The notes beneath the pieces were generated by a model, which was not told the DNA's origin, searched no databases, and saw only the letters and a program-made list of their open reading frames with translations. Below are positions 1 through 14,411 of a DNA stretch of 64,000 nt, piece by piece. Position 1 is the first letter of the stretch, and every line of letters begins with the position of its first letter. Location of the stretch: positions 147,436,001 to 147,500,000 of the forward strand of contig OX597814.1 of NCBI GenBank assembly GCA_951406725.2. The letters run 5' to 3'. The stretch is from Octopus vulgaris. Lineage: Eukaryota. A program made the translations under genes and the position numbers.

Positions 1-200
1 GTTAACAGGACCAAAATCCCTGGAGATATATTAGAGTACATGTTTCAGGTTACCTCTGTACATACCTCTTGCCCGATCTTATGTGCAAAGGAGAAGATAA
101 GCCAAGGTTCAAAACCAGCATGGATGTCTATGACCATGATACACATGATCTTGTGATCCATGTGTTGTGGGTAGATATGATATGCATCATAGGGAAGGAG

Positions 201-370
201 TAAGTTGGTTATATCGACCTCAGTACTCAACTGTTACTTATTTTATCAATCTCGAAGGGTTGAAAGGCAAAGTTGACCACAGCGGAATTGGAACTCAGCA
301 CGTGAAGACGGACAAAATTCTGCTAAGCATTGTGCCAGTCGTACTAACAATTTTGTCAGCTCACCACCTT
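201..370 (-). mobile_element. tRNA-derived SINE with Nin/Deu-like central domain (diverged copy)
   Basis: The reverse complement matches the GGCGGCGAG.TGGCAGAATCGTTAGC...GAGTTCAAATTCCGC...GCCTTTCATCC..CGGGGTCGATAAAATAAGTACCAG family seen repeatedly in this window (e.g. 17175, 44691). Confidence 0.75.
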
Positions 371-1223
371 ATATCTCTAAATGATAATGATAGCATCATA
401 CAATGGCGCGGCATCTCTTCTATTAGAAATGCAATTTTTTCTGGGTATTTCCAATTTTATACTTCTTCCATTATCGTCAATAAAATGAATACTGTGATTT
501 TGTTTCATGGCTTTAAATAATTGCTATTAAGAAAGTAAAAACAACAACAAAAAATGCAACTACACTTTAATGCCATACGATTGAAGGAACATCAAGCATT
601 AAATCTCGTCTATTTAGGAAGTAGGGTTTTGTATGTAATTGCACAATCTCGAACATTATAAAAGTACATTCTTTCATAGTCATTGACCAGCATAGTGATT
701 GTGTCTCATCGATTCTGCACTTTTCTTTTTGTCCTGGGTTTAATCGCTTACAGATAATAAACAAAGTTCTCTCAAACTATAATTGATGCGTCAGAATGTT
801 CTAATAACTTCTAATTTTATGCTAATCTTTCGAAAACGGAGAAGAAACAAATAGATAAAAGAACTATAGTTCTCATAACGATGGAACAAATTCTACGCCA
901 ATTGAACTAAACTTTCAGTTCAATTTTATACCTATTAATAGAAAGGACACTTTAGCTGAATGCCTTACACATCCGCGGCAAGTATATAACATAATACGGT
1001 GTGCAATCATGACATATTATTAATGAATTAAATAATATCACACACACATACATACAGACACACGGACATACACACACACAGATACACACACGCACACACA
1101 CACTGACGCGCACACACACATTAACACACGCACTTACACTCACACAGACACACCTCCCTAAAATAACACTTAAGAAACTGTATTCACCAAATCTAGGATG
1201 ATAGTCACGATATAAGTTCTTTT

Positions 1224-1644
1224 GGATCTTTTCGGTTTGAACGGCAGTTTTCAACATAATTTGTAGGTAACTAAAAAAATTTAAACTTCGTATATTGATA
1301 GAATGTGTTTATAAAACATATTTTTGTCTTGGCTTTATTGAGAAAATTCTATAGTTTGTAAGATATTTGTTGTTTTTTCTTCAATTTCTGCAATTTCAAC
1401 CAATCAGTGACGTCTATTGAGGTAAAAAACATTCTGTGCCGTATGAATATGTCCCTCGTTTAAGAAATAGATTGGATTTATTTACATTTGTGAAGAAAAA
1501 AAGATACCCTTCCACCGACCCCTAGCCCTAACCCTAACCCTAAAACAGATTGAAATGCAATAGATCGATACTAGGGTCATAATTATGGGTGACAATTTCA
1601 TATGACACCGCTAGAAAAAACTGCCGTTCAAACAGAAAAGATCC
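1224..1644. mobile_element. MITE with ~27-bp TIRs and 8-bp TSD (Merlin-like GG termini), internal (CCCTAA)n
   Basis: Left end GGATCTTTTCGGTTTGAACGGCAGTTTT; right end AAAACTGCCGTTCAAACAGAAAAGATCC (1 mismatch). GTTCTTTT flanks both sides (1216-1223, 1645-1652). Confidence 0.85.
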
Positions 1645-2060
1645 GTTCTTTTTCCATGATATATTCATGATAGAATAAACATCAACTGTATTACATTCAA
1701 GAACTTTGCGAGAAATTCAAGTAAGACTGAATTTTTATCGTATTTCGGTACACCCTTCGTGTTTATGATCTTGGCTTTACAACCTCATGGTTTTCTACTG
1801 GATTTCACTAGAAACCACCCTCTTTGAATATTGATATTTATGTTTGCAGTCGTCAAAAATATTTATGCGTAATTCAGTCGATTAACGATAGCATCAAACA
1901 TTTCGAATGGACTATTTTGGTTTGTGACTGGCAAATTAAATGCATATGTCGGTTTAGCATCATCTCTTGGCGCATAAACGACTTTCTCCCCTTTCAATTT
2001 GTTTCAAAGCATTCAGCACTGTCCTTGAGCTGTGTTTGACTTCATCCGTTCTTCATAGCA

Positions 2061-2061
<1 letters not shown>

Positions 2062-2119
<58 letters not shown>

Positions 2120-2160
2120 TGATGATGATGATGATGATGATGATAACAATAACAATAACA
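2062..2160. repeat. (AAT)n-(GAT)n compound microsatellite
   Basis: Read directly from the sequence. Confidence 0.95.
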
Positions 2161-3714
2161 TAGGAATTCAACAAAATTCTCGACAAAATGTCCCTAGCGC
2201 GTTATTCATATTTCGTTTATCACATTTGAATGAATCACTCTTTCCCTCTGCCTGACTATTTGTCTAGCTGTATCTCTCTCTCTATATATATATATATACA
2301 TATGTGTGTGTGTATGTGCATGCATGGACACACATACCCACACACACAAATATATCCATATGTTTACGTGTTATATTTTTGTGTATCTCTGTATCCATAG
2401 GCATATGTCTTTACATTCCCACGTGTATGTTAGCGTTGTAGGAAGGGCGTTTGTGTCTGTGTGTACAATTTGCAAGCAGTCTACTAATGCAAACAGACAA
2501 GATCATCTGTTGTCATATAATCATATTTATCTTCGGCCCACAAGATATGTTTATAGCTTTACAATCAGACAACAACAGCAGCAAAGAAATCATACAAGGT
2601 GATGTCAATATCAATATACGTAGCTCTTTATTGGTTCTGTATGAATTTTGGAGAATATTCCAATATTTGAAAAGCAATATATACGCAAATATATTTAGAA
2701 CGGAAAATATTTAGAATGAACTTTTTTTTCTCTTTTCCTAAAAGTTAAAAAAATATTGAACAGCGAAATTGTATCGACATTACTTTTCTAAAATCAATTC
2801 TCAGTTTTTTTTCTTTGCTTCTATATACAATAGCCAATAGAAAATAAATAAAAGAAACTGTGAGTACACACATTTGAAATCGAACTTAAGGATACATAGT
2901 TGATTTATCGGTACAATTACCGAAATAACGTAAGTCGTCTGACGATATCTACTTTCACATAAACGCTTTTAACTATTTACATACTAAGTCTGAATTTGTT
3001 TAGAATTTTGTGATTTCGTACAAACGTAACCCACATCATTGTTCGTTTATATATGATGGTAAAATCGAAATCGGTGAGCTGGAAAATTCGTTGTGCACGC
3101 TGGACAAAATAGCGGCATTTAGGCCGTTTTTTACGTTCCGAGTTCAAATTTCGCCGAAGTCGAATTCACCTTTTGTTGTTCCGGAGTTGAATACTTAGGC
3201 CGATGTAAATGACTTACCACCTGACCCGAAATTACTGGCTTTGTGTCTAAAGTTGAAACCTGTATTATGGCGAAGAGATTCTTTTTGTGAAATTTAAAAT
3301 CTTATGATAACAAGCGTACGGAGTGGAATCAGCATTAGTTCGCTAGGGCCGTTAGAAATAGCAGTTAATACTTCCTTCAGTGACGCCTTTAAAAAAAAGA
3401 CACGTTGAATAGTGTTGTGCGACATGTACGAAATTAGAGTTCTATTATATAATACGAAATTGCGCATTAGCATTTATTTTCGTATTTTTATCTATTGGTA
3501 TTTAGGTATAACTCTGAACTGAGAGTGTGGATACATGATCAAAATCAACCCAGTCGTAACAATCGAATATTGCAGTTGAAGAAAACATGCTGGGGCTTAA
3601 CAATCATACAAACAGACATACACAGTCGCAGGTGCAAGCACACGCACGTATGTAAAGAAGGATATGAATTACAACAAAAAGAAAAGGACAACAGAAAGAC
3701 ACTTTTTAATTATG

Positions 3715-4551
3715 TACATGGAAAGTACGATGGGTAAATTTTCACCATTTCATATTTCAATTTCGCACATGTGCATCGTTTATCTCCGATTTTGTTGACT
3801 ACACAGTATTGTAGGATCAGTCGGGCACCGTCTGTGAGAAAACCAGCACCTAGACGCAGTTCACTCTGTCGGGAATTTGGAAACGACATGCTTGAAGCCC
3901 CAATTTCAAAGTGTTTAGTTTTGGTCATCAATCTGAGGGCAGTGCAATATGAGGACATGAACCGGGAATGATAAAAATCAAACATCCAGTCAACATCATG
4001 GTGTTTGTAGTGATCAAATGCCTCCATTCATCTTCACACACGGCCTTAGACCCAACACGGAGGCCTAAATCAAGTGCCTAGAGGAGGTAGTGCTGCTCTG
4101 AGTCAAGAGGTTGGCTGCTGGGAGACCCTATTTCTAACAACAGGATTGGCAGGTGAAACCAGTCATGGCTCTCAGACAATTTCTGCGACCCCATCACTCC
4201 GAACATCTGGCCACCTCATTCCCCAGACTGCAACCACTTGATTATAATGTGTAGGGCGCACTTGAGCGAGAGACCAACAAAATTCCGTGTAACACCAAAG
4301 ATGAACTGAAAACAAGGAATATGGCAGCATTCACCAATTTAAACATGAACATCGTCCAGAAGTGTTGCAGGAGATTACGAAGTCGTCTTGAGGCCGTGGT
4401 TGAAGCCAATGGCGATTTTATTGAATAAATTTAATCGTTAGTATGTCAAGTTATTTTTATGTAATTTTGGTAAATATATCTGTTAAAGTGAGATGTCATT
4501 GGTATTTTCATTGTTGTGTAATTTAGACGACAGAATATTCACCGCACCCTG
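3715..4551 (+). mobile_element. Internally deleted Tc1/mariner (maT/DD37D-like) transposon relic
   Basis: Broken frames give ...GRPYF*QQD...SWLSDNFCDPITPNIWPPHSPDCN(H)LDY...RSRLEAVVEANGDFIE*. The right end is ...CACCGCACCCTG followed by TA. The left boundary is approximate. Confidence 0.75.
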
Positions 4552-4610
4552 TATATGTATATGTATATATATATACGCACACACATACACACACACAGAC
4601 ACACATATGA

Positions 4611-4645
<35 letters not shown>

Positions 4646-5832
4646 AGTGTGTGCGTGTATATATGCATATATTTATGTATATATGCAGGGCTCATCAGCC
4701 ACCAACGAAACCACAAAAGCAAGATATATGTTAGTCCTACAGCGCACAATATTCCTAAAGGTCAGCAATGGCCTTACTCGGTCACTAGTGGACGGGCATC
4801 ATATATGCATGTATATGTGTATGTGTGTTTGTGTGTGCATAGGGCGGGAGGGTATATATTTGTCATATAAAGATATATCAACAGAAGGTGGAATAGACAA
4901 GCTTTAATCCAATGCCCTACAATTGTTTCTGTGCAATATATATGTAACTTGTCATTTTATATCAATTTGTGTATGAAATTTATTCAACATTCGACTGGAG
5001 AATAACTCAGTATCCTCTAGTGGTGTTCATTTTCAAAGTTTACAAAGAAAAGTATGACTCTGATTCGACGTTTCAATTTGCATGCCTTCATATTTGTACG
5101 TATATACGTATGTAAATAAGCCTTTATGTGTATTACGAGTGGCAAGGTGTCCGATTGTGTCTTGTTGGGTGTGTTTGTTTGTGTCTATATTCTATTAGCA
5201 TTCTACGTATGCTAAAATACATTGAAAAATACAGTTCTTTCAGCTTATATCGTATGATGTGCTTCGGAACATGTTTAAGTCCTGTAATTGTGAAAAATAT
5301 GTAACTTCACGATAAGAACCAGACATTAAAGATAGGTACTCTGGTTGGTACACTCCAACACGCCATGAATGGCTTAAGGGTTTTGCCCCAGTTGAAACTA
5401 ATAAAAGTGTTAAATTTATCCAGGCAAACGCAGTTTGGCTTCAAACAACCCAGGGCAGAAATCCATTATTAATAGGAAGATATATAGTTGTCACAGTTTC
5501 GATACACTAAAATTTACAGTATAAATATTGTAAAGAGCCAAAAGTATATAACACGAAGAAAAGAGAGAAGTAATTCTAAAACATCAAGATGATAGGCGTT
5601 GGTATTTCATTCGATTATTTTCAATTATATCTGACGTGGCCGTCCAGACATAACGTCAATCTCAAATAAGAAAAAAATATTTATACTTCACATACCAAAG
5701 ACTAGACTGTTGATCAAATCACGTTCTCAGACAAGTATGTATACATATAGAGATAAATAAACAAACTAGCCCACACGCACGCACACAGGTATAAGTAATC
5801 CATACATACGTAGGTACATACCCATATACAGC

Positions 5833-5864
<32 letters not shown>

Positions 5865-6515
5865 CGTGTGTGTGTGTATGTGTATGTGTAAATATATATA
5901 TATATATGTCTATATATATAAGCATATATATATATGTGTGTGTGTATGTGTGTATATATATATATATATGTTTATATATATACATATTTCTGTGTGTGTT
6001 TCTTTCAGTCTGTCTGTGCGTGCGTGTGTGTGTTTATATATGAGGATGGTATACGTGTATATATAAACATTTCTTAAACAGCTGTCATAGTCAATTTCCA
6101 TGAAACTTAAAGTAAACCTGATATATAATTTCTCTCTCTCTCTCTTGCACTACCTCTCTTACACTCTATCTATTTCACTCACTCTCATTCCCTCTGTCTC
6201 TTTTTGTCTGTCGGTCTCTTTCTTTTTCTCTCTCTCTAAATGTATATATGTATGTGTGTGAGTGTCCAAGTACGCATATGATTGTGCATACATATATAAA
6301 TATATGCTAACGTATATACATATATACGAATATATATATATATGCGTACATACATATATAGGCATTATATATTTGTATCCATATAAACATAGACAGATGT
6401 TTATTTATACATATACACAAATAATGTCTAAATTGATGTATATATAGGTAGATATATTGATAGAGAAAGAGACCGCCAGAGACAGCTACTTAGACAAAAA
6501 TACAGTTACACAACT

Positions 6516-6539
6516 AGATAGACAGACATAGATAAATAA

Positions 6540-6620
<81 letters not shown>

Positions 6621-6670
6621 GATATATATTGATAGATAAATAGACAGATACATAGATACATACATACATA
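6516..6670. repeat. (GATA)n microsatellite
   Basis: Read directly; similar tracts at 7430-7530 and 36650-36830. Confidence 0.95.
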
Positions 6671-7448
6671 CCTAGATATTTATAGAAATATATTCCTAGT
6701 ATAACAAAGAATGTGTTCAATGCGAAGCTAATAATGGTTATTATGCTCTAGGGAATATATTTGAAAATATTACTCACTACTATATTATGATTAAATATGT
6801 ATGTGTGTGTGTCATGTGTCCATGCGTGTTTATACATCCTTCCATATATACATACATGCATATATATACATATACATACACACATACATACATAGACACA
6901 TATATGTTAGGTATATATGGCTATGTTCCATGTGTGAATTTTTTTATTCATAACATATGTGTTTTTTATTCATAACATTTTTGTTACCATGGTAATTAAA
7001 AAATATTTTGTACATCGTTTTCAGTACGGACAATCTATATTTATACGGTCATTTTCCCCCCTTTCATCTATATTATAATTATATTATAATTTCATGAAAT
7101 ATCAATTTGCTTTCGTTTGATTGAGTCTGATACATGTGTAAATCACTTCCGTCTTTCACTGATAACTTTTTATCTCAATATGTTGTGCTTACCCAATGCG
7201 TCTCTGTCATCTAAGTTTATCAGTGTTAGTATAATAAAGATATTTTATGCGTGCATTTGTACATGTATGTGTGTGTATATGTGTGTAAGTATATGTGTTT
7301 CTATGTGTGTACGAATATATGCTTTAAAAAATATTATAATATAAAAGATAGGCAGACAGATAGACAAACACATGCATAGGTAGATAGAATGAGAGATATT
7401 TACATAGCTAGACAGATAGTTAGACAGACAGATAGATAGATAAATAGG

Positions 7449-7513
<65 letters not shown>

Positions 7514-9140
7514 TGATGGATAGATAAATAGATGAACATACAGGCATATACTTGGGAGAGCTAGCGTGCTAACAGCTACAATAGTAGACGTTGTTAGACA
7601 TTGTTGGACGTGGCAACCTTTCATATATTGCTGTATACGAAGCACCGTGTGAAGGACATTGCCGCAGTTTAGAGCATCACAATTTGATAATGCTTGGTAG
7701 ATTTCTCTTTCGTAAATTTTTTTAGAGCAATCTAGCTGAATGCCGCTAATTTAAGTGTTCGGGGGCGGACGGAAGGTATAGTCAGGCAGTTTATATAGGA
7801 GTTTACGGCACCAGTCACAGTCGAAATCTTTGCTGACCACAAGTGGCAATTCCGCTTTCATGAAATTTTCCTAAGCTTTCATATATAATTATTGATATCT
7901 ATTGATATGAAAGACGAATGTTGATCATTAAGAAGAGAAAGGTATATTCACGATGGTAGAGAATATTGTTATTAGAGGTTTCGGTTATGGTATACATTAA
8001 AAATGATTACGATAGTAAGAGATTTATCGGAGTCAGAATGTTTATCTTTGGGGGAACAGGACATACTGTTGCATGTTATCAAGATCGGGATTTATCCTGA
8101 TGTAGAAAGATGCTGGAAATGTTCGTGAATATTGTTGAGAATTTCTGTGTTGCATAGTTTCAGAATAACAGTAGAAAATTGTCTTGATCCGTGATCTTCA
8201 AACTTTGGAGGGAACTTTGGACAAAAATCTTCACTGATTGTGAACCTACGCTCGGGCAAAAGTCTAACTGAGTGGGAGGAAGTCGATTTGGAAGACTTCC
8301 TAATTGCGTCACGCGGATGATACAAAGCAAATGGAGCATTTTTAGAGCTTTTTTTTCAATGAATGCTCGTCAGAGATTAATCATTATTGAGATGTGCAAT
8401 AAAGGAGGTTTAACAAAACTGGTGTGATTTTCCTCACACTCCCCCACCTTGTTTTTGACAGAAAAAGTGCGAAAAAGATTGACTGATGTTTGTGAGTCTA
8501 AGAAGTCGGAGCCCATTGTGATATATGACCTTGCAAATGTGTGTCACTGAGTAAACACCTAGTATTTTGGATTTAAGGCTGGTGTATACCAAATTTTGGC
8601 CTGAAATGCTGCGATGCACTTACGAGTACACGTAAGAGACTTGATGATGTGGAAGTTTTGATGAATGTTCAATGTAAAGGTAAGTAACAAAGAGGGAAAT
8701 TTCTGTAAACCTAATTGCTTACGTTGGATTAGGGGAGAGGCAGAAGTGCTGGAAGAGAGAGCTTGAAACAGAGTGAGATGCAGAGATCAGTTGATTTATG
8801 CAAAGTGTCTTATGTTAGGGGTCATGTTAAAGCAAGATCGAAAGTTTCGATATCTTCAGAGATAATGATGACTTGTAAATCTTAGCTTGGAGACAGAAGT
8901 CAAGGACGTTTAGCGCGTCTGTATATCGGTCAAGTACGCGTGTAGTTGGTGGAACAAGTTGATGTAAGAAACTAGGGATGGCGAAAGTTTTGGTTTCTGC
9001 ACAAGCAATATCGCTACAGATGTGTGAGAACCAAACGCCAGCATCGTAGTTACTATTAGGACGATAATTTCGGAATTGTGTATATTAACCCAGCGTCACT
9101 TTCATAGTGTGTGCTGTTCTCTCATTCAGTGCTGATTGTA

Positions 9141-9143
9141 ATG

Positions 9144-9220
<77 letters not shown>
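9141..9220. repeat. (AAT)n microsatellite directly upstream of a Dong-like fragment
   Basis: Read directly from the sequence. Confidence 0.95.
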
Positions 9221-9221
<1 letters not shown>

Positions 9222-9229
9222 GTAATTGA

Positions 9230-9745
9230 TGAGTAAAGAAGCAAGAAGATCGACAACATTAAAAGCACTAACTGAAGGAAGCTGCTAGAAATGATTAGGT
9301 AAATAGATTCTGTTATCAGTGGGATAGATACTAAGCATATAGAAGACACTAACTTATTTATCTATGCAGGAGGAGGAGGAGTCACCAGATGACTGGATAT
9401 CTCACAGGGATAGATTACAAAAGAGCAAACATGGAAAAGGAGAATACAAAGTAAAATGAAGACTTTAAGACAAAATCTGGGTAGAATAGAAGCCTGGAAG
9501 ACAAACAAGTTAGGAAACATGAGATTCAAAACTTCTCTCGAGAAAAGATAATTAGTCTAAGAAAAAGGTTTTGGGATGGTGATAGAAGAGCTGAATCAGC
9601 GTATCATAGCAGTATCAGGAAAGCTCTCTAGCTATCAGAAAAGAATAGAGCAGTATCATCATAACAGATTATTTGAGATAGACCAGAGGAGATTTTATAA
9701 CCAAATAAATATTGGAGAAAGAAGTACTGAAGATAATAAACCAAT
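9230..9745 (+). pseudogene. R4/Dong-clade retrotransposon N-terminal (pre-RT) fragment, degenerate
   Basis: TNLFIYAG...TWKRRIQSKMKTLRQNLGRI...EELNQRIIAVSGKLSSYQKRIEQYHHNRLFEIDQRRFYNQI aligns by eye with ELNEIIYASA...TWRSKIEKEI...ETLKQKVQAKAQRIRRFEKRNKFYKQNKLFTSNAKKLYREI of the 48170-49333 ORF. It begins right after (AAT)n. Confidence 0.75.
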
Positions 9746-12403
9746 GGGTGCCACAGTTATCATGTGAAATATGTTGAATTATATTTCGGCATCGAGCGTG
9801 CCTTCCACAGGTTCATTTTTTTGTTAAGATTATATAGGACTGAGGTAATTCCTCCAGAAGTTATACAGAAATGAAAAAAATAGAAGAGTGCCATAGTTAT
9901 CATGTGAAATTGTATAACTTCTGGATAAGATATTTTACAAAAGCTACCGGAGACTTTAAAATATCAGCAACGTATTCTATCAGAAAGATGAACACGTTCA
10001 ATAAAAATAATTATAAAGTACCGAATTTACATATCCGGAAAACAAAATACAATTTGGAATATGTATAAATATGGTGTTAACTTAAGCACTTGGTGAGTAA
10101 CATCAAGAGATTATAGTTACTCGATACCCTCAACCTCTGCTAATTTCTGATGCTTCATTTTATTGATAACTGAAAGAGAGGAGAGTTAACAGTGACCTCA
10201 ATATGAATTGAACTCGGAATATAACAAGTCAGATAAAAATGGTGACTCATTTTTCGGACGCATATCAAGTATTTGTTGTTTTGGAGGACAGTTCATATTT
10301 GGGTAAGTTAGATATGTGTTTGAGATAAATTTTTAATTATGTTGTGACAAAAAGTAGTGGAAATGGAGAATGTCTTATAAAGCATCAAACATAATATATC
10401 TGCGTAGAATAGATGCAAGAGATAGGAGTCTGGTATTACGTGACGTACCCAAAGAATGTAGAAACAGAGAAGAAGATTGTCAAGTTTAATCAAATAGTAA
10501 GAGTGAAAGTACCATCATACATATATGCAGAGGATATGAAGGCGATAGTGATCGAAAAGGAAAATAACAAGAAACTGGAAGAAATGTGTGGAGATGTATT
10601 GACCCACCAGGAGTAAGGATGGAATTCAAAGAATTTGCACCAGTAGTAGATTTAATAGAAATTGAACTATTGATGAAGTACTACTAAAAAGAAAATAAGT
10701 ATGTTAAATTGACAGGAAAAAAAGAAAAGAAAAAAGAAAAAGGAGGAAAAAAGAAAGAATGAAGTGCTTTATGTTATGTTTAAAAAATATTGAAAAATAG
10801 AAGAACAATTGTAAAGGATGTATATAACGGTTCAAATACATGCAATGGTATGTATCACGATAATTAATTGTTATGTAAATACATGATAAAAATGGACTGT
10901 AAAAAGATTAACGGTACTGCTTGTGATGAGGGGCGCATGCAGCCATTCATAAACTCATTGTTATATAATCATCTCATTCATATTCGTTTTATGAATTGTC
11001 CCCTCTGTGGTGTCATGCCTGTCCTTGTTTCTCCCCCTCTATTTGGGCCCTTGTGGCTAATAAAGAAATAGAGTAGATGCAAAAGATATTGCGAGAGGCA
11101 GAGAAATAATCCTGTGATTGACATGCTAAAAATAGCCGAGTTTCTTTCCCATATCACATCCTATAGTCTTTAAAAAATGCATATTGGAAAATGTAATTTG
11201 CTTGAATATATGACAGAGTGGTCATGGCTGGAACACATTTTATAATGTTGAATGAAGAATTAAGAAAGAGTAAAATATTGTAACAGCAACAGCGAAGCCA
11301 ACAAATGCAACAAATAACATAACGCAAATGAAACAAAGACTAAAAGAAAATGGCATTTTATGCAAACGCCAAAACAATTATGAAGCGGAAATGAACGGGA
11401 GAAAATATGGACAAAATATCATTCCTTTAGTATCGACAAGTTTTCTGCAGTAAAATTGCTACTGGTATCCAAAAACTTCCATATCACTTCTGTGTATTAG
11501 AATGAGGTGAATTAATGTGGTATTCAAAAAATGATTTACAAATCAAGGCAAATTTATACTAAATTTACAATCATTTGCATCAATGAAATTCTAATAGCAT
11601 TTTCAGATTTAGGAAAACTTTCAAATCATTATGAATTATGGAAAAATGAAAATTTCAGATTCAATTTTCTTTTTGCATAATGCAAATGCTTTCAAAATAA
11701 TAAAAATTAAATAATTGAGAAAGAAACACAAAACAAGCATATCCTCATAAAATTGCAGTTCTTATCGTTGTAGTTGTAGCTGTTGTTGCTGTAAATGGAG
11801 TTGTTGTAGTAATGATTCGGCTTCGATCGATCAGAACTGTGATGAAAAGCGTTCCATCCATGACTATACTGTCTTGTTTTCCAACATAGTGTATCGAGCG
11901 TTACGTGTCACTTCTTTCTGAGAGTCGAAGGACATTTAGTTGCTAATTCTTGCAGATCTGACATTAAAACACTGAAATAGATTGTTAAATTCCAAAGTCA
12001 TTTGAAGCACATGTTGCATAATATACCAAATACCGATAGATGCTGATAGTATAATGTGTTTGTCACTCACTCACTCACCCACTCACTCACTCATTTACTC
12101 ATTCACTCACTCACTCACTTATTCTCTCTCTCCCCTCACTCTTTCTGTGTCTTTGATTGTTCATTGAACTCCGATCAAGGTATAACGATATTTTTACGTC
12201 TAAGACTATATTTTCCAATCAACCGAAATATTTCAAAGAAAGTGAGTCGTTATTTCTGACACGTTAGACACAAATGGTAATTCTAGGTTATCGAGCAATC
12301 GAGTAGAGGTTTCTTCATTGGTATATATGAGTGTATTTATATTTATGTATGCACGTATTCTCACATATCTATCTATCTATCTAGTTGTACTTATACCACA
12401 ATC

Positions 12404-12456
<53 letters not shown>

Positions 12457-12473
12457 GAGTATTTTTAAATATT

Positions 12474-12510
<37 letters not shown>

Positions 12511-12639
12511 GTTTGTAGGTATGTATGTGTATATATATACATATGTATATATATACATATACATACATATATATACATACATATCTATACATAAATAAAC
12601 ATACATATACATTTGCATAATATAAATATTCTTATATTT

Positions 12640-12833
12640 TTTTATGTTTGTCATTTGACTACGACCATGCTAGAACACCGCCTTTAAACGAACAAATCGA
12701 CCCCAAGACTTATTCTTTGTAGGCGTAGTACTTATTCAATCGGTTTCTTTTGCCGAACCGCTAAGTTACGGAGACGTTAACACTCCAGCATCGGTTGTCA
12801 AGCGATGGTGGAAAGTGGACAAACACAAATACA

Positions 12834-12884
<51 letters not shown>

Positions 12885-13065
12885 ACACACACACATACAC
12901 ATATATATATATACGACGGGCTTCTTTCAGTTTCTGTCTACCAAATCCACTCACACAACTTTCGTTGGCCCAAGGCTATAACAGAAGGCACTTGCCTAAG
13001 ATGCCACGCAGTGAGACAGAATCCGGAGTCATGTGGTTAGTAAGCAAGATACCACACAGTCACTC
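12640..13065 (-). mobile_element. tRNA-derived SINE with CORE-like domain and internal (TG)n/(TA)n microsatellite
   Basis: The minus strand has a tRNA-like head, then GGCATCTTAGGCAAGTG (CORE-like), GAAACTGAAAGAAGCCCGTCGT, a microsatellite, and the tail AAAGGCGGTGTTCTAGCATGGTCGTAGTCAAATGAC. Partial copies lie at 19908-19960, 39900-40020, 42010-42200 and 57045-57105. Confidence 0.75.
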
Positions 13066-14070
13066 CTATGTATATATGTATGTTGGTGGAAGCAAGAAAG
13101 ATAGAACTCAAAATGTGTGTATGTGTATATTTTTATTAATATTTAGCAGAAGTAACTGAGTGACTCAAGATCTGAAAGTTTCCTGCGTTGGCACTTCTCC
13201 CTACACACAACAACTACCTCTTTCCAACCACAGCTTTTTTCTGAATATAGAAATACAAGGTAAACTGCGGCTTTCTACTGTTTTCTTTTCATTTTGTAGT
13301 TTACCACGTACCTTCTCGCGTTGTTCCAGCTTTACACACCTGCATTCTGGGCCCTAACTATGCGTAACTATTCGTTGGCTACGTTGAGGCCCAAATATTC
13401 TAAAGTTTCACTAGTCCCACTCGTTATATTGACAGCTGTATCGGTGCGATATATACGAGTGCAAGACTCTACCTTTTTTACTTGTGTCATTCCATCATAC
13501 ATAAGTATGTATATACGTTTATATATTTGCAGGTGTAGATGTGTTTGACAGACAGGTGGGTGTATTTGTGTATATACATATATAACCCATTTGTATATTC
13601 AAGTTTTGCGGTGAATGTGAATGTTATACGGTTTATGATATTTTGCGTGTGTTTTTTTTTTATTTGTATATACGTCTATCTGCTATGTATGTGTATATGC
13701 GTAGAGACTACGTTTTGTATATCCGCGTATGTGTGTGTGCGTATAGAGATGTGTGTATGAACATAATGATGCGTGCGTTTTTGCGTGTTCTTATTTGTAT
13801 ATAAGTCTATCCGCGTATGTATATGCATGTGCGCAAAAACTACGTTTATATTGGAGTAATTTCCTTTTATTCAAAGTTTTTTTTTTTTCAAAACGTTTTT
13901 GTCTTAATAACTGAAGAGATGTCGGAGCAGGCTTCAGTCACATCATCCGAAAATGTGAGTTTTATAATGACAACCAACTAATTGTCACATATTATATATA
14001 TATGTATGTATACGTCATTTTATATACTGAGTATTTAAATATGAGCCACTAATACTTTCATGCTTTGAGG

Positions 14071-14107
<37 letters not shown>

Positions 14108-14358
14108 CCGATTTTATGAAACTAGCTTTCTATATTTGTGCCTGGGATCATGCTTGGAGACATAAAGCACAACATACGAATCTGCCGAATTATTGTCTTC
14201 GCATAGCAAAAACGCATATATAGATCATATTCAATTGCACTTTTTAATGGATTACTTTTTTGATGAATTACTTTTTTGTCTGATCCTTCATATAAAGGAT
14301 ATAACTATATCTACATGTTATATATAGACTTCCATAGAATTGTACACATACACACGCG

Positions 14359-14411
<53 letters not shown>

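Noticed and set aside
7680-8990. Possible minus-strand Penelope RT/GIY-YIG relic
   Set aside because: Only faint Cys-rich hints; no diagnostic motif could be read reliably.
10270-11070. Possible L1/Tx1-like remnants ending in GGCTAATAAAGAAAT
   Set aside because: No recognisable protein motif; a poly(A)-signal-like end alone is not enough.
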